Origin: a virus
Taxonomy: Duplodnaviria > Caudoviricetes
Virus record (IMG/VR): IMGVR_UViG_3300046805_000147
Coordinates: 1-27,243 of that record
DNA: 27,243 nt
Direction: 5' to 3' (one strand)
Shown here: piece after piece, positions 1 through 8,610 of the stretch
Position numbering within the stretch: position 1 is the first letter of the stretch
How the letters are laid out: each line of letters begins with the position of its first letter
The notes under the pieces: generated by a model
The model's database searches: none
What the model was told of the DNA's origin: nothing
What the model saw: the letters and a program-made list of their open reading frames with translations, nothing else
Translations under genes and position numbers: made by a program

Positions 1-37
1 AGTTACAGTACTCGTTATATTTTTTAATTATTTACAA

Positions 38-1096
38 TTACAATTTGAAATCGTCAAATGCACCTTCTGTAATAGTATTGTCAATACCTTTTACATAACT
101 ACTCAATTCAGTTTCTTGAGGAGCTACTTGTAGTTTCTTACTATCGTAGTAACTATCCAACCATCCAGCTAATGGGTTAGTTTTGGTATTAGGATACAAT
201 TTCTTATATCCAACACTTGATAGTCTATTATTAGCCAACCACTCAATATATTGCTTTAAACTTTCAGCAGTCAATCCAATCAAACTTCCCTTACTAAATA
301 GATAATCGGCCCAATCCTTTTCAGCATTAACTGCCATTTCATAAGCAGCATAAACCTTATCTTCGTTCTTTTTAACAAGATCTTGGAATCCTTCATCTGG
401 ATTGTTAATCCAATTCTTCATAATATTCTGTGTAATAGCGACATGTAGATTTTCATCACGGCTAATAAACTTAATAATCTTACTATTACCTTCCATCTTT
501 CCACGATATCCAAAGTAAAAACTACAAGCAAATGATACATAAAAAATCAACCCCTCAGTAATCTGAGTTGCCAACACCGCATCAAACAATTGTTGTTTAA
601 CATTATCTGATGGAGTTAGTAGTTCATCATACTTCTTACTGATCGCAGTAGCTCTCTTAACAATTTCTTGATCTTCCAACACACTATCAAAGAATTTGGT
701 AGCATCTGGATACACATTGTTTAGAATGTATGTATAACTATTACTATGAATAGTTTCAAAGAAACTCCACGCATTCATGCAAATTTCCAATTCACTATTT
801 GTTACGTGTTTCATAAGTTCATGAATACTACGACTCAACATACTATCAGTCATAGTTTGAAACTTAAGGTTACTATCAAATACAAATCGTTCTTCAGGTG
901 AAAGGTTCTTGTAATCACTAATATCTTTAACAAGAGAAACTTCCTGCGGTCTCCAGAAGAAATTCAATTGTTGATCATACAGATCGTAGAATTTAGGATA
1001 CTTGATCAAGTCATATCTCTGTAGAGATAGATCTTCTCCTAAAAACATTGGATTTCTTAATTGGTCTATATTCTTCTTATTTAATACACTCTTCAT
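38..1096 (-). CDS. nrdB: Ribonucleotide reductase class Ia beta subunit
   Basis: FFWRPQEVSL; metal ligands in TMTDSML, FETIHSNSY (with radical Tyr), TEGLIFY and RDENLH; C-terminal APQETELSSY. Preceded by an AGGAGG SD. Confidence 0.97.
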   Translation of the reverse strand: MKSVLNKKNIDQLRNPMFLGEDLSLQRYDLIKYPKFYDLYDQQLNFFWRPQEVSLVKDISDYKNLSPEERFVFDSNLKFQTMTDSMLSRSIHELMKHVTNSELEICMNAWSFFETIHSNSYTYILNNVYPDATKFFDSVLEDQEIVKRATAISKKYDELLTPSDNVKQQLFDAVLATQITEGLIFYVSFACSFYFGYRGKMEGNSKIIKFISRDENLHVAITQNIMKNWINNPDEGFQDLVKKNEDKVYAAYEMAVNAEKDWADYLFSKGSLIGLTAESLKQYIEWLANNRLSSVGYKKLYPNTKTNPLAGWLDSYYDSKKLQVAPQETELSSYVKGIDNTITEGAFDDFKL

Positions 1097-1101
1097 TTTA
1101 T

Positions 1102-1107
1102 CCTCCT
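1102..1107 (-). promoter_or_regulatory. Shine-Dalgarno sequence of nrdB
   Basis: Minus strand reads TAGGAGGATAAAATG, with AGGAGG 5 nt before the ATG. Confidence 0.8.
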
Positions 1108-1108
1108 A

Positions 1109-3397
1109 TTATAGAGTACAAGCTCCACTTTCACAGCCGGATTCTTGTACTACTGCTTGTTTTGGTTCTGTTTTCTTTTCATCCATGACGGTTTGTTTGT
1201 CGCCATCATCGGTATTAGCATAATACAAATTCTTCAATCCATACTTGTAGGCCAATAACATATCCTTAATTACTTCTTGAACAGGAACTTTATTCTTCTC
1301 ATAACGGGATGGTATATAGTAAGTATTTGTACTAATACTCATATCTGTAAATTTTTGAATAGCTGCGGCTACTTTTAAATAACCCTCATTACTTGGCATA
1401 TCAAAAGCAAATGTATAATTTTCCTTGTACTTATCAATCCCAGGTACTACCACAGGCAAAATATTGCTCTTGCTGCCCTTGAAACTAATAGCACTGCGTG
1501 GTGGTTCAATACCATTGGTACTGCTTTGAATTACTGAGCTAGATTCTACTGGCATACAAGCTGTAAGTGTACTATGTCTCATACCATGTTTCTTGATTTC
1601 TCCACGTAAAGCCTCCCAATCACAATGTAGAGGTTCAGTGACAAATTCATCAACATCTTTTTTATAAGTATCAATTGGCAAAATACCCTGACTAAACTTA
1701 GTACGATCAAACTTTTCACACTTACCAACTTCTTTTGCCATTTCAACACTAGCCTTGATTAGATAATAACTTGTCTTTTCCATCCATTTGGCAACAAAGT
1801 TTGGAGCATTTTTATCCCAATACTTCAATCCTTCTTTAGCCAATAAAGCAGCCAAGTTACTTACACCTACACCAAGACTACGGCGTTTCTTAGCAAAGTT
1901 TTCTGCGGCTGGTACGAAATAATCTTGATGTTCAATCAAAGCATCCAACATTCTAACAATGATATCACAAACACTTTCCATTTCAGTATCATCTTTGATT
2001 TCTAACCAATTCAATGCGGCCAAGATACAAACACCAATTTCTGCGTCCTTATCATTAACATCAGTGATTGGAATCAATGGATGATTAACTTCAAGGCATA
2101 AATTGCTTGTATCTACTTGATCAAGCCAACTGCCATGTTCATTTGCGTGGTCTACGAACATTGTATAAATTCGTCCGGTTTCAAGACGTTCTTTAGCAAG
2201 TAACCCCATCAATTCACGAGCAGGTACTTTCTTCTTGAACTTAATGTTCTTGTTTTCTTCAGCCTTTTCATACTTTTCCTTGAATCCTTCCAATCCAAAT
2301 GTATTCCACAATGAAGGACATTCGTGATAACTGAATAGTGTTACATCTTGATTCTTCAAGAATCGATCCAAGATCAACTTATCCAGACCAATACAATAAT
2401 CTAGCTTACGCACACGATTGTCGTCAGTTCCTTGGTTGTTCTTTAGTACAAGAATATCTAGAATATCATAGTGAAACCAAGCAAAGTTGACGGTGGCACT
2501 ACCCCCACGAATACCATTTTGGTGACAACTCTTTACAGTAGCTTCAAATGCTTTAGCAAATGGAATTGGACCTGTATGCATTACTTCACCATTACGAATT
2601 GGAGCATTTGTAGCACGTAGTCTTGATAAATTCAATCCAATACCATAACGACTAGCAGTAGCAAAACCAACTGCGCTGATATTACTGAATATACTACGTA
2701 AATTATCATCGACCGTAAATAGTGAACATGAAGCATAACTCTTCATTACCGTTCTTACTCCAGCCATAATTGGTGTAGGTAGATTAATCTTATGTTTACT
2801 AAAATAATTGTACGCTTTCTTGACATAATCCAATCGACCTTCTTTATAGTCTTTGAAAAAAGTCATTGCGATCAACATGTACGCAAACTGCGGTGTTTCA
2901 TATATCTGTTTAGTTGCTCTATTTTGTACTAAATATTTATCACACAATTGTTTGATACCAGCATAAGTGAAGTTAAAATCACGATCATGCTTTAGATATT
3001 CATCTAGTTTATCAAACTCTTGTTTACTATACCAGTTCAGAATTTCACCATCATAGACCAATGATTGAATATTAGATTGAACTAAATCATATAGTTTTGG
3101 TGGATTTTTACCTCCCCAAACTTCTTTACGAAGTTGATAATTCATCAATCTAGAAGCAACATATTGATAATTTGTCTTTTCTTCACTAATCAAATTAGCA
3201 GACGCTTCAATCAACATCTTGTGAATATCTTTTGAATTCATGCCATCAAAGAATGATAAGTGTGCATTCATCGCTACTTCTTCAAAGCCAACACCTTTTA
3301 TGTCTTCTGTAGCCCACTGTAAAATCTTATTGATTTTATCTGCGTTAAACTTCTCGGTCTTGCCATCACGTTTCTTAATAAAAATTTCTTTGTTCAT
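1109..3397 (-). CDS. nrdA: Ribonucleotide reductase class Ia alpha subunit (762 aa; start moved to the ATG at 3397)
   Basis: N-terminal ATP cone (IKKRDGKTEKFNADKI), ETPQ, LPTPIMAG, ASCSL, catalytic SNLCLE, YY pair (NLYY), C-terminal CESGAC. The ORF-track TTG start at 3430 adds 11 residues ahead of the ATP cone. Confidence 0.97.
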   Translation of the reverse strand: MNKEIFIKKRDGKTEKFNADKINKILQWATEDIKGVGFEEVAMNAHLSFFDGMNSKDIHKMLIEASANLISEEKTNYQYVASRLMNYQLRKEVWGGKNPPKLYDLVQSNIQSLVYDGEILNWYSKQEFDKLDEYLKHDRDFNFTYAGIKQLCDKYLVQNRATKQIYETPQFAYMLIAMTFFKDYKEGRLDYVKKAYNYFSKHKINLPTPIMAGVRTVMKSYASCSLFTVDDNLRSIFSNISAVGFATASRYGIGLNLSRLRATNAPIRNGEVMHTGPIPFAKAFEATVKSCHQNGIRGGSATVNFAWFHYDILDILVLKNNQGTDDNRVRKLDYCIGLDKLILDRFLKNQDVTLFSYHECPSLWNTFGLEGFKEKYEKAEENKNIKFKKKVPARELMGLLAKERLETGRIYTMFVDHANEHGSWLDQVDTSNLCLEVNHPLIPITDVNDKDAEIGVCILAALNWLEIKDDTEMESVCDIIVRMLDALIEHQDYFVPAAENFAKKRRSLGVGVSNLAALLAKEGLKYWDKNAPNFVAKWMEKTSYYLIKASVEMAKEVGKCEKFDRTKFSQGILPIDTYKKDVDEFVTEPLHCDWEALRGEIKKHGMRHSTLTACMPVESSSVIQSSTNGIEPPRSAISFKGSKSNILPVVVPGIDKYKENYTFAFDMPSNEGYLKVAAAIQKFTDMSISTNTYYIPSRYEKNKVPVQEVIKDMLLAYKYGLKNLYYANTDDGDKQTVMDEKKTEPKQAVVQESGCESGACTL

Positions 3398-3447
3398 AAA
3401 ATATATTGGTAAAAGATAACTATTCTTCAATAGCCTCTTTGATCCAT

Positions 3448-3499
3448 GTTGTGACTAACTTTTTTAAGTTTTTTTTGACTCTTTTTTTATAGTCACAAC
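3448..3499. repeat. 10-bp perfect inverted repeat GTTGTGACTA/TAGTCACAAC with 32-nt spacer, between the helicase gene and nrdA
   Basis: Arms read directly at 3448-3457 and 3490-3499; the spacer is T-rich on + (A-rich in the mRNA). Confidence 0.75.
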
Positions 3500-3505
3500 T
3501 ATGTA

Positions 3506-4894
3506 TTATTCGTCTGCATCCTCAGAACTGCTATGTACGTTCCACTTATTCTTCAATAACTTCTTGACTTGGTTTTCACCATTCATCATTTCGTTTTGAA
3601 GTGCTAATCCTTCTCTTGAAGATTCGCTGAATATTTCAATCTGACCACACCCAGCATTCATCTTACTTGGAAATGTCAAACCATCTGGTCCAAATCGATT
3701 CTTAATAATGTGGAATCTGGCTGTATTGGATTGTTTATCGTTAACTTTACGACTTAGTGACATAACGAAGTCAGCGGTCATGATCTTACGATAACTATCT
3801 GAAATGTTATTAGCCTGAATAATATCTTCATCCATAGCAGCACGATTACTCTGAGAAGCACTCCAGATTGGAACCTGCAATTCACCAGCTACAGCACGAA
3901 GTTCTTCATAAATACCACCAGCTTCTTGATAACTATTGCTGTTACGATCACTATTAATTGGACGTAGAATATCTGCGTAGTCAACAATAATCATATCTAC
4001 CTTAGTACCCAACATAGCCAATCGTTCACAGTGAGCCTTCAAGCTCTGAGCGGATACAGTCTTAATTGGAAAGTACTTAATCATCAATTTACCTGGAATT
4101 TCTGCAATCTTCTTCTTAACAATATCAATGTTGTTACGAATGTTTTGGAAATCAATTCCAGTAAAACAAGCATCATAACGTAGACCCACATAATTTTCAT
4201 TTAACTCCAGAGTAAAGTGAATTACATTTTTACCTTGTCTCATTGCTTCTGCACCTAGTCTACATAGTACCCAGCTTTTACCACTACCAGCACAAGCTGT
4301 AATAATCCCAAGTTCGCCAGGTCCAAGGCCACCATCCATCAAACCATCAATAACATCCCACTTGGTATTGATAGAATTACGAGCCATTAAGGTCATACGT
4401 TTTTCAACATCCTCGCCATAATCATGGCCGACATTACGTTCCATACCAGCCTTCAAAGCTTCATCAAACTTGGTCTTGATCTTTTCGTATTGACCAACCT
4501 TCAAATAGTCAACACTTTCCATGATAGCGTTCTTTAGCTTTTGATTGATACAGAATTCTAAGAACTCTTCCTTGATGAATTTTAGATCGCCGTCATTCAT
4601 CTTTTGATAAATCAACTTTAGATTATCTACAATACTCTTTTTGAGTACTTCATTGGTTACCACTTCCAATTTGACCTTAAACACATTAAGTGTTGGCAAA
4701 TCACTATACTCAATGAAGTATTTAATACTTTCCTTGACAATCCACTTATGTGCATCACTTTCAAAGAAGTCTGCTTCAACAATGTCACTAATACGTTCAA
4801 TAAATGGTCTATCGGATACAAGACCTGAGATACACTTAACTTGAAACTCACTTCCAAACTTCTTCAAATTGTCAATAATATGCTTATCGTTCAT
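3506..4894 (-). CDS. dnaB: Replicative SF4 helicase (DnaB / T4 gp41-like)
   Basis: Walker A ACAGSGKS, HFTLEL, Walker B IIVDYAD, WSASQSNR, KNRFG. Confidence 0.93.
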   Translation of the reverse strand: MNDKHIIDNLKKFGSEFQVKCISGLVSDRPFIERISDIVEADFFESDAHKWIVKESIKYFIEYSDLPTLNVFKVKLEVVTNEVLKKSIVDNLKLIYQKMNDGDLKFIKEEFLEFCINQKLKNAIMESVDYLKVGQYEKIKTKFDEALKAGMERNVGHDYGEDVEKRMTLMARNSINTKWDVIDGLMDGGLGPGELGIITACAGSGKSWVLCRLGAEAMRQGKNVIHFTLELNENYVGLRYDACFTGIDFQNIRNNIDIVKKKIAEIPGKLMIKYFPIKTVSAQSLKAHCERLAMLGTKVDMIIVDYADILRPINSDRNSNSYQEAGGIYEELRAVAGELQVPIWSASQSNRAAMDEDIIQANNISDSYRKIMTADFVMSLSRKVNDKQSNTARFHIIKNRFGPDGLTFPSKMNAGCGQIEIFSESSREGLALQNEMMNGENQVKKLLKNKWNVHSSSEDADE

Positions 4895-4932
4895 TATATA
4901 TTCTTTCTATGTTTTGTTAATACTACTCCATC

Positions 4933-4960
4933 AGTCTACACCCAAGTGTGTAGATTCCAA
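4933..4960 (-). promoter_or_regulatory. Possible weak sigma70-type promoter for the helicase, overlapped by a 7-bp hairpin
   Basis: Minus strand TTGGAA-16 nt-TAGACT; TCTACAC (4935-4941) / GTGTAGA (4948-4954) inverted repeat. Confidence 0.3.
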
Positions 4961-4982
4961 CTTATTTTATAATTTATCGGTT

Positions 4983-6050
4983 TTACAATACGAAACTATT
5001 GAGTTTGCCCCAAGTTTCATTCAACCATACCATATAATTTGGTAGGTTACTCCACATTTTATCCTCAGTGATAAGTCTGCTGAATGTCATCTTATCAATC
5101 TTAGGAACTTGTTTCTTGATTATTTCTTCTATTCTTAACTGAGTAAATGATTGAATGCATGTATTCTTTAACTGCATCAGTTCAAAATTACGTTCCAATA
5201 GAAGTTTGTTATCCAACACACGTTCATAAATCTTATACTTACTCTTATAATTTTCAGAGTAGTTATAAATTTCTTGCATTGTTACTTGTTTATCCTCACC
5301 CAAAAATGGATATGCTTGAAGAACTCTTTTAATTCCAACGCCATCTAGACCAGTAATGTTATCACTGACATCACCCTCCATAACTCTGTAATAGATAAAA
5401 TTATTGCAGGTAATACCATACTCGTCCACTATTTCTTTACAACCAAAGATTTTCTTCTTGACAGGACTCCAGATTTTAACTCTATCACTTGCCAATTGTA
5501 AAAAGTCTTTGTCTGTGGACATAATAGTAACATTACTATCTTTAAATGTATCTTCGGACAAATACGCAATTGTGTCATCGGCTTCAATATTATCAATAGC
5601 CATTACAGTTACTGGTAATACTTCAAGATAACTTACCAATCGCATCAACTCAACTTGAAGATTCTTTTGTTCAAGATCAGATGAACTTAGTTCTTCATAT
5701 GTTCTATTGAACTTAATTTTGGTCTTACGTCCCTTTTTGTAATCGGGATAAAGCTTACGACGTTTTTGTGAACCACCTGTTCCATCAAATACAACGATAA
5801 CTCTAGTTGGATTAATTAATTTAATAGCATATCCGATACTCTTAAGGAACCCAGCAATTCCTCCGATATGCATTCCGTCATCATTCATCGATGGTACTGC
5901 CATAAATGAACGAATGAAGGTGTTTAATCCATCGACTAAGAGGATGTCGGAGTTAGTAGTTTTTTGAATACCACTATCACCAACACCCCCCTTTACGTTC
6001 TCGAAAAGAGAGAACAGTCTTTGTTTTTCACTGGAAGTAAATCCACTCAT
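4983..6050 (-). CDS. 5'-3' exonuclease / flap endonuclease (Pol I N-terminal domain, T4 RNase H-like)
   Basis: LLVDGLN, VVFDG, R..LYPDYKKGR, EADDTIA, STDKDFLQL, GDVSDNITG..GVG helix-turn-helix. Confidence 0.94.
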   Translation of the reverse strand: MSGFTSSEKQRLFSLFENVKGGVGDSGIQKTTNSDILLVDGLNTFIRSFMAVPSMNDDGMHIGGIAGFLKSIGYAIKLINPTRVIVVFDGTGGSQKRRKLYPDYKKGRKTKIKFNRTYEELSSSDLEQKNLQVELMRLVSYLEVLPVTVMAIDNIEADDTIAYLSEDTFKDSNVTIMSTDKDFLQLASDRVKIWSPVKKKIFGCKEIVDEYGITCNNFIYYRVMEGDVSDNITGLDGVGIKRVLQAYPFLGEDKQVTMQEIYNYSENYKSKYKIYERVLDNKLLLERNFELMQLKNTCIQSFTQLRIEEIIKKQVPKIDKMTFSRLITEDKMWSNLPNYMVWLNETWGKLNSFVL

Positions 6051-6052
6051 TG

Positions 6053-7180
6053 TTATTCGCCAGCGTCATCTTCGTCGGTTGATACTTGAACATCTTCAAC
6101 GATTTGACTATTTGGGTCTTTATATTTCATGATACAAGCATCACAAATCTTCATGTAAATTTCTTCCTTTAACTTTGAATCCGATTGTAGTATTGAAATG
6201 AAGTCTTTTGATTGAAACTTCCATTCAGTACCATCGTTCTTTTGATAGGTGTAGTAAGCGCCGCCTTGTTTAAGAACACCCGCATCTTTCATAACCTTGA
6301 TCCAACTACTAAAGTCAGCAATTCCACTATCAAAATAGATATCAAAATTTGCTTGACGTTGTGGTGGTCCCATACGATTCTTCACAACAACAGCTTTACA
6401 TTCATTACCAATAACGAGTTCACCCATCTTTAGTTTGCCTGTATTGTTTAGACGAACACGTACACTACAATGATATGCTAGAGCCTTGCCACCGCTGACT
6501 ATGTACTTGTCACCAAATGCCATAGCATTTAGATTCTGACGCAATTGGTTGGTAAAAATCAACAATACTTTCTGACGACCAATCATGTTGGTAATCTTAC
6601 GCATTGCTTTGCTAATAATAATTGACTTACCAGTAGCATAACCATCCTTACCATGATCACTCTCTAGTTCTGCTTTTGTAGAAGCAGCTGCAACGGAATC
6701 AACAATAATTGTTAATAGCAAATCAGGATGATCCTTACGAATAAACGTAATTGCTTTTTCAATTCTGTCGAAGATATCTTCTACAGTCTCAGCTTGTGAA
6801 TACATCAACTTGCTTTTAGACAAGTCAACTCCCAAACTCTTCCAGAATTCTCTGGACTCAGAATTTTCTGTGTCAATGAAAAGTGCTTTACCACCTTTTT
6901 TTTGTGTATCCGCAACAATGTGCGCACATACCAAGCTTTTTCCAGTTCCTTCAAGGCCTGTCAATTCAACGATACGTCCCACTGGCAAACCGCCATGAGG
7001 ACGATTACTAATCGCTAGATCTAGCATTGATGAACCGGTACTTACCCAATCACTGATTGTTGAGGGATCTTCCTGTTCATCCAAGAAGAACGCAATTTTA
7101 CCACCTTCTTTGTTGGATTTGTTGAGTTCATCTGCCAATCTTTCTAGCAGATCATCTTTTTCTGTTGTTTTTTTTGCCAT
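6053..7180 (-). CDS. recA: RecA/UvsX-like recombinase
   Basis: STGSSMLD, GGLPVGRIVELTGLEGTGKS (Walker A), FIDTE, IIVDSVAA (Walker B), TNQLR, GGKAL, VVKNRMGPP. Confidence 0.96.
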   Translation of the reverse strand: MAKKTTEKDDLLERLADELNKSNKEGGKIAFFLDEQEDPSTISDWVSTGSSMLDLAISNRPHGGLPVGRIVELTGLEGTGKSLVCAHIVADTQKKGGKALFIDTENSESREFWKSLGVDLSKSKLMYSQAETVEDIFDRIEKAITFIRKDHPDLLLTIIVDSVAAASTKAELESDHGKDGYATGKSIIISKAMRKITNMIGRQKVLLIFTNQLRQNLNAMAFGDKYIVSGGKALAYHCSVRVRLNNTGKLKMGELVIGNECKAVVVKNRMGPPQRQANFDIYFDSGIADFSSWIKVMKDAGVLKQGGAYYTYQKNDGTEWKFQSKDFISILQSDSKLKEEIYMKICDACIMKYKDPNSQIVEDVQVSTDEDDAGE

Positions 7181-7191
7181 AACGTATATAA

Positions 7192-7233
7192 CTAGAAAGC
7201 CGGTGGGGGTATAACTCCACCGGCTTATTTTTT
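7192..7233 (-). terminator. Intrinsic terminator downstream of the SSB gene (possibly bidirectional)
   Basis: Stem AAGCCGGTGG (7197-7206) / CCACCGGCTT (7217-7226). It runs into TTTCTAGTT on the minus strand and TTATTTTTT on the plus strand. Confidence 0.8.
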
Positions 7234-7238
7234 AATTT

Positions 7239-8084
7239 TTAAGCGCCAAACAAATCATCAAATGCCTTGTTAACATCATCACTTGATCCAGTCTTAGCTT
7301 TAACTGCGGTTGGAGATGCTGTTACAGCGGCCTTTGGTGCTGTTGCGGTTTTAACTGCGGTTGGAAACGGAGCTTCATCATCCGTATCAGTTGCTATAAC
7401 AGATACAGCAGGATCAGCAGCGGTTTCATCAGGATTCAACCACTTATCCATAACTTCCTTGAGTTCTTCATAAGATAGTTCTGGGAATAGATCCATAATG
7501 TTAACTTGAGACTTGAGAGCATCAAGTAGATTTGAATTATTTGGATCTACAGCAACGCTTGTGTTTGGCTTAACACGGATATTGGTTTCTGGGAAACTCT
7601 TGCCTGATTCGTCACCAGTCTTGAATTCCACAACAATATCACGACCCGAGGTTAGATCGGTAATATCACCAAAATCAGGATCACTGATGATGCTTAGAAG
7701 TTCTTGGTAAACTTGCTTACCAAATCCCCAGAACTTAACACCTTCTCCCTCTTCACCACGAACAATGACAGGAGCGAATGTACGCATCTTGGGTTCCATT
7801 TTCTTACCCATCTTCCACTCTTCCTTATCGCCGGTCTTCTTCAAACGATTTGAAAACTCAACGATTGGATCTGGACGACCAAAACTATCAGGACTCATGT
7901 AACTCTTACCATTTAGGTTGTAGTGAAACTTGAGTTCGATAAATGGATTCTCAGGAGAATACTTGTAAGGTACGATACGAACAACTTGCTTACCAGGCTT
8001 TGGTTTCCAAATTAGGTTGGATTTCTGGTTTGTGTTTGAAAGTGAGTTCAAACGGCTCTTTAACTTACTAATGTCTAATCCCAT
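7239..8084 (-). CDS. Single-stranded DNA-binding protein (T4 gp32-like)
   Basis: WKPKPG..VRIVP, FHY, DPIVE, KFWGFGK, GDITD...GRD; Ala/Thr-rich linker and acidic tail ending AFDDLFGA; adjacent to RecA. Confidence 0.85.
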   Translation of the reverse strand: MGLDISKLKSRLNSLSNTNQKSNLIWKPKPGKQVVRIVPYKYSPENPFIELKFHYNLNGKSYMSPDSFGRPDPIVEFSNRLKKTGDKEEWKMGKKMEPKMRTFAPVIVRGEEGEGVKFWGFGKQVYQELLSIISDPDFGDITDLTSGRDIVVEFKTGDESGKSFPETNIRVKPNTSVAVDPNNSNLLDALKSQVNIMDLFPELSYEELKEVMDKWLNPDETAADPAVSVIATDTDDEAPFPTAVKTATAPKAAVTASPTAVKAKTGSSDDVNKAFDDLFGA

Positions 8085-8165
8085 AATTATTTATTTATTA
8101 ATTGTTTAATTGATAATTAGTTAATTCTTAATTCACTTAAATCAAGATGTAACCAACTTGAAATT

Positions 8166-8194
8166 ACTCTACACTAGGTACAGAGAAATGTCAA
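8166..8194 (-). promoter_or_regulatory. Sigma70-type promoter upstream of the SSB gene
   Basis: TTGACA (8194-8189), 17-nt spacer, TAGAGT (8171-8166). Confidence 0.65.
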
Positions 8195-8211
8195 GCGTCA
8201 TGTAATATATA

Positions 8212-8610
8212 TCAAATAGAAAATATATTAAATAATTTTAATGAAACGACTTTAACCCCGATTTCATTAGTTAAAATGATACTATCCTTGTATAAATCCC
8301 AGTTCAATTGAAAGTTTTTATCGAACACTCCATTGTTCTCATCTGCGATTAATTTATTCATCGCATTAAGCGTATATAGAGTGTTGGTTTGTTTTTTTCT
8401 ATGTACACCAATTGTACCAGGATACTTTAGTTTATTATTAAAGTCCTTGATAATATTGAAAGTCAAATATATTTCCCGAAGATTCTTTTCATTAGCAAAA
8501 ACAAATATACGATTATCTATCAAAGTATATGTTTGTTGTACTTCTTGTATTACAGATTGATATTTTTGACTGTCTGTAAATGTACAGAGTAATTGTTTTA
8601 ATTCGTTCAT
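8212..8610 (-). CDS. Hypothetical phage protein (132 aa)
   Basis: Start overlaps the upstream stop (ATGA). Motif-like segment HRKKQTNTLYTLNAMN; no function assignable. Confidence 0.8.
   Translation of the reverse strand: MNELKQLLCTFTDSQKYQSVIQEVQQTYTLIDNRIFVFANEKNLREIYLTFNIIKDFNNKLKYPGTIGVHRKKQTNTLYTLNAMNKLIADENNGVFDKNFQLNWDLYKDSIILTNEIGVKVVSLKLFNIFSI

Noticed and set aside
3399-3408. NrdR-box-like CAATATATTT next to the nrdA start
   Set aside because: A single imperfect core. A better match (CAATATATAG, 21793-21802) lies before an unrelated tail gene, so chance occurrence in AT-rich DNA is likely.
38-7180. Inteins or group I introns in nrdA, nrdB, helicase or recA
   Set aside because: Protein lengths and motif spacing are ordinary; no intein junction motifs or interruptions are seen.
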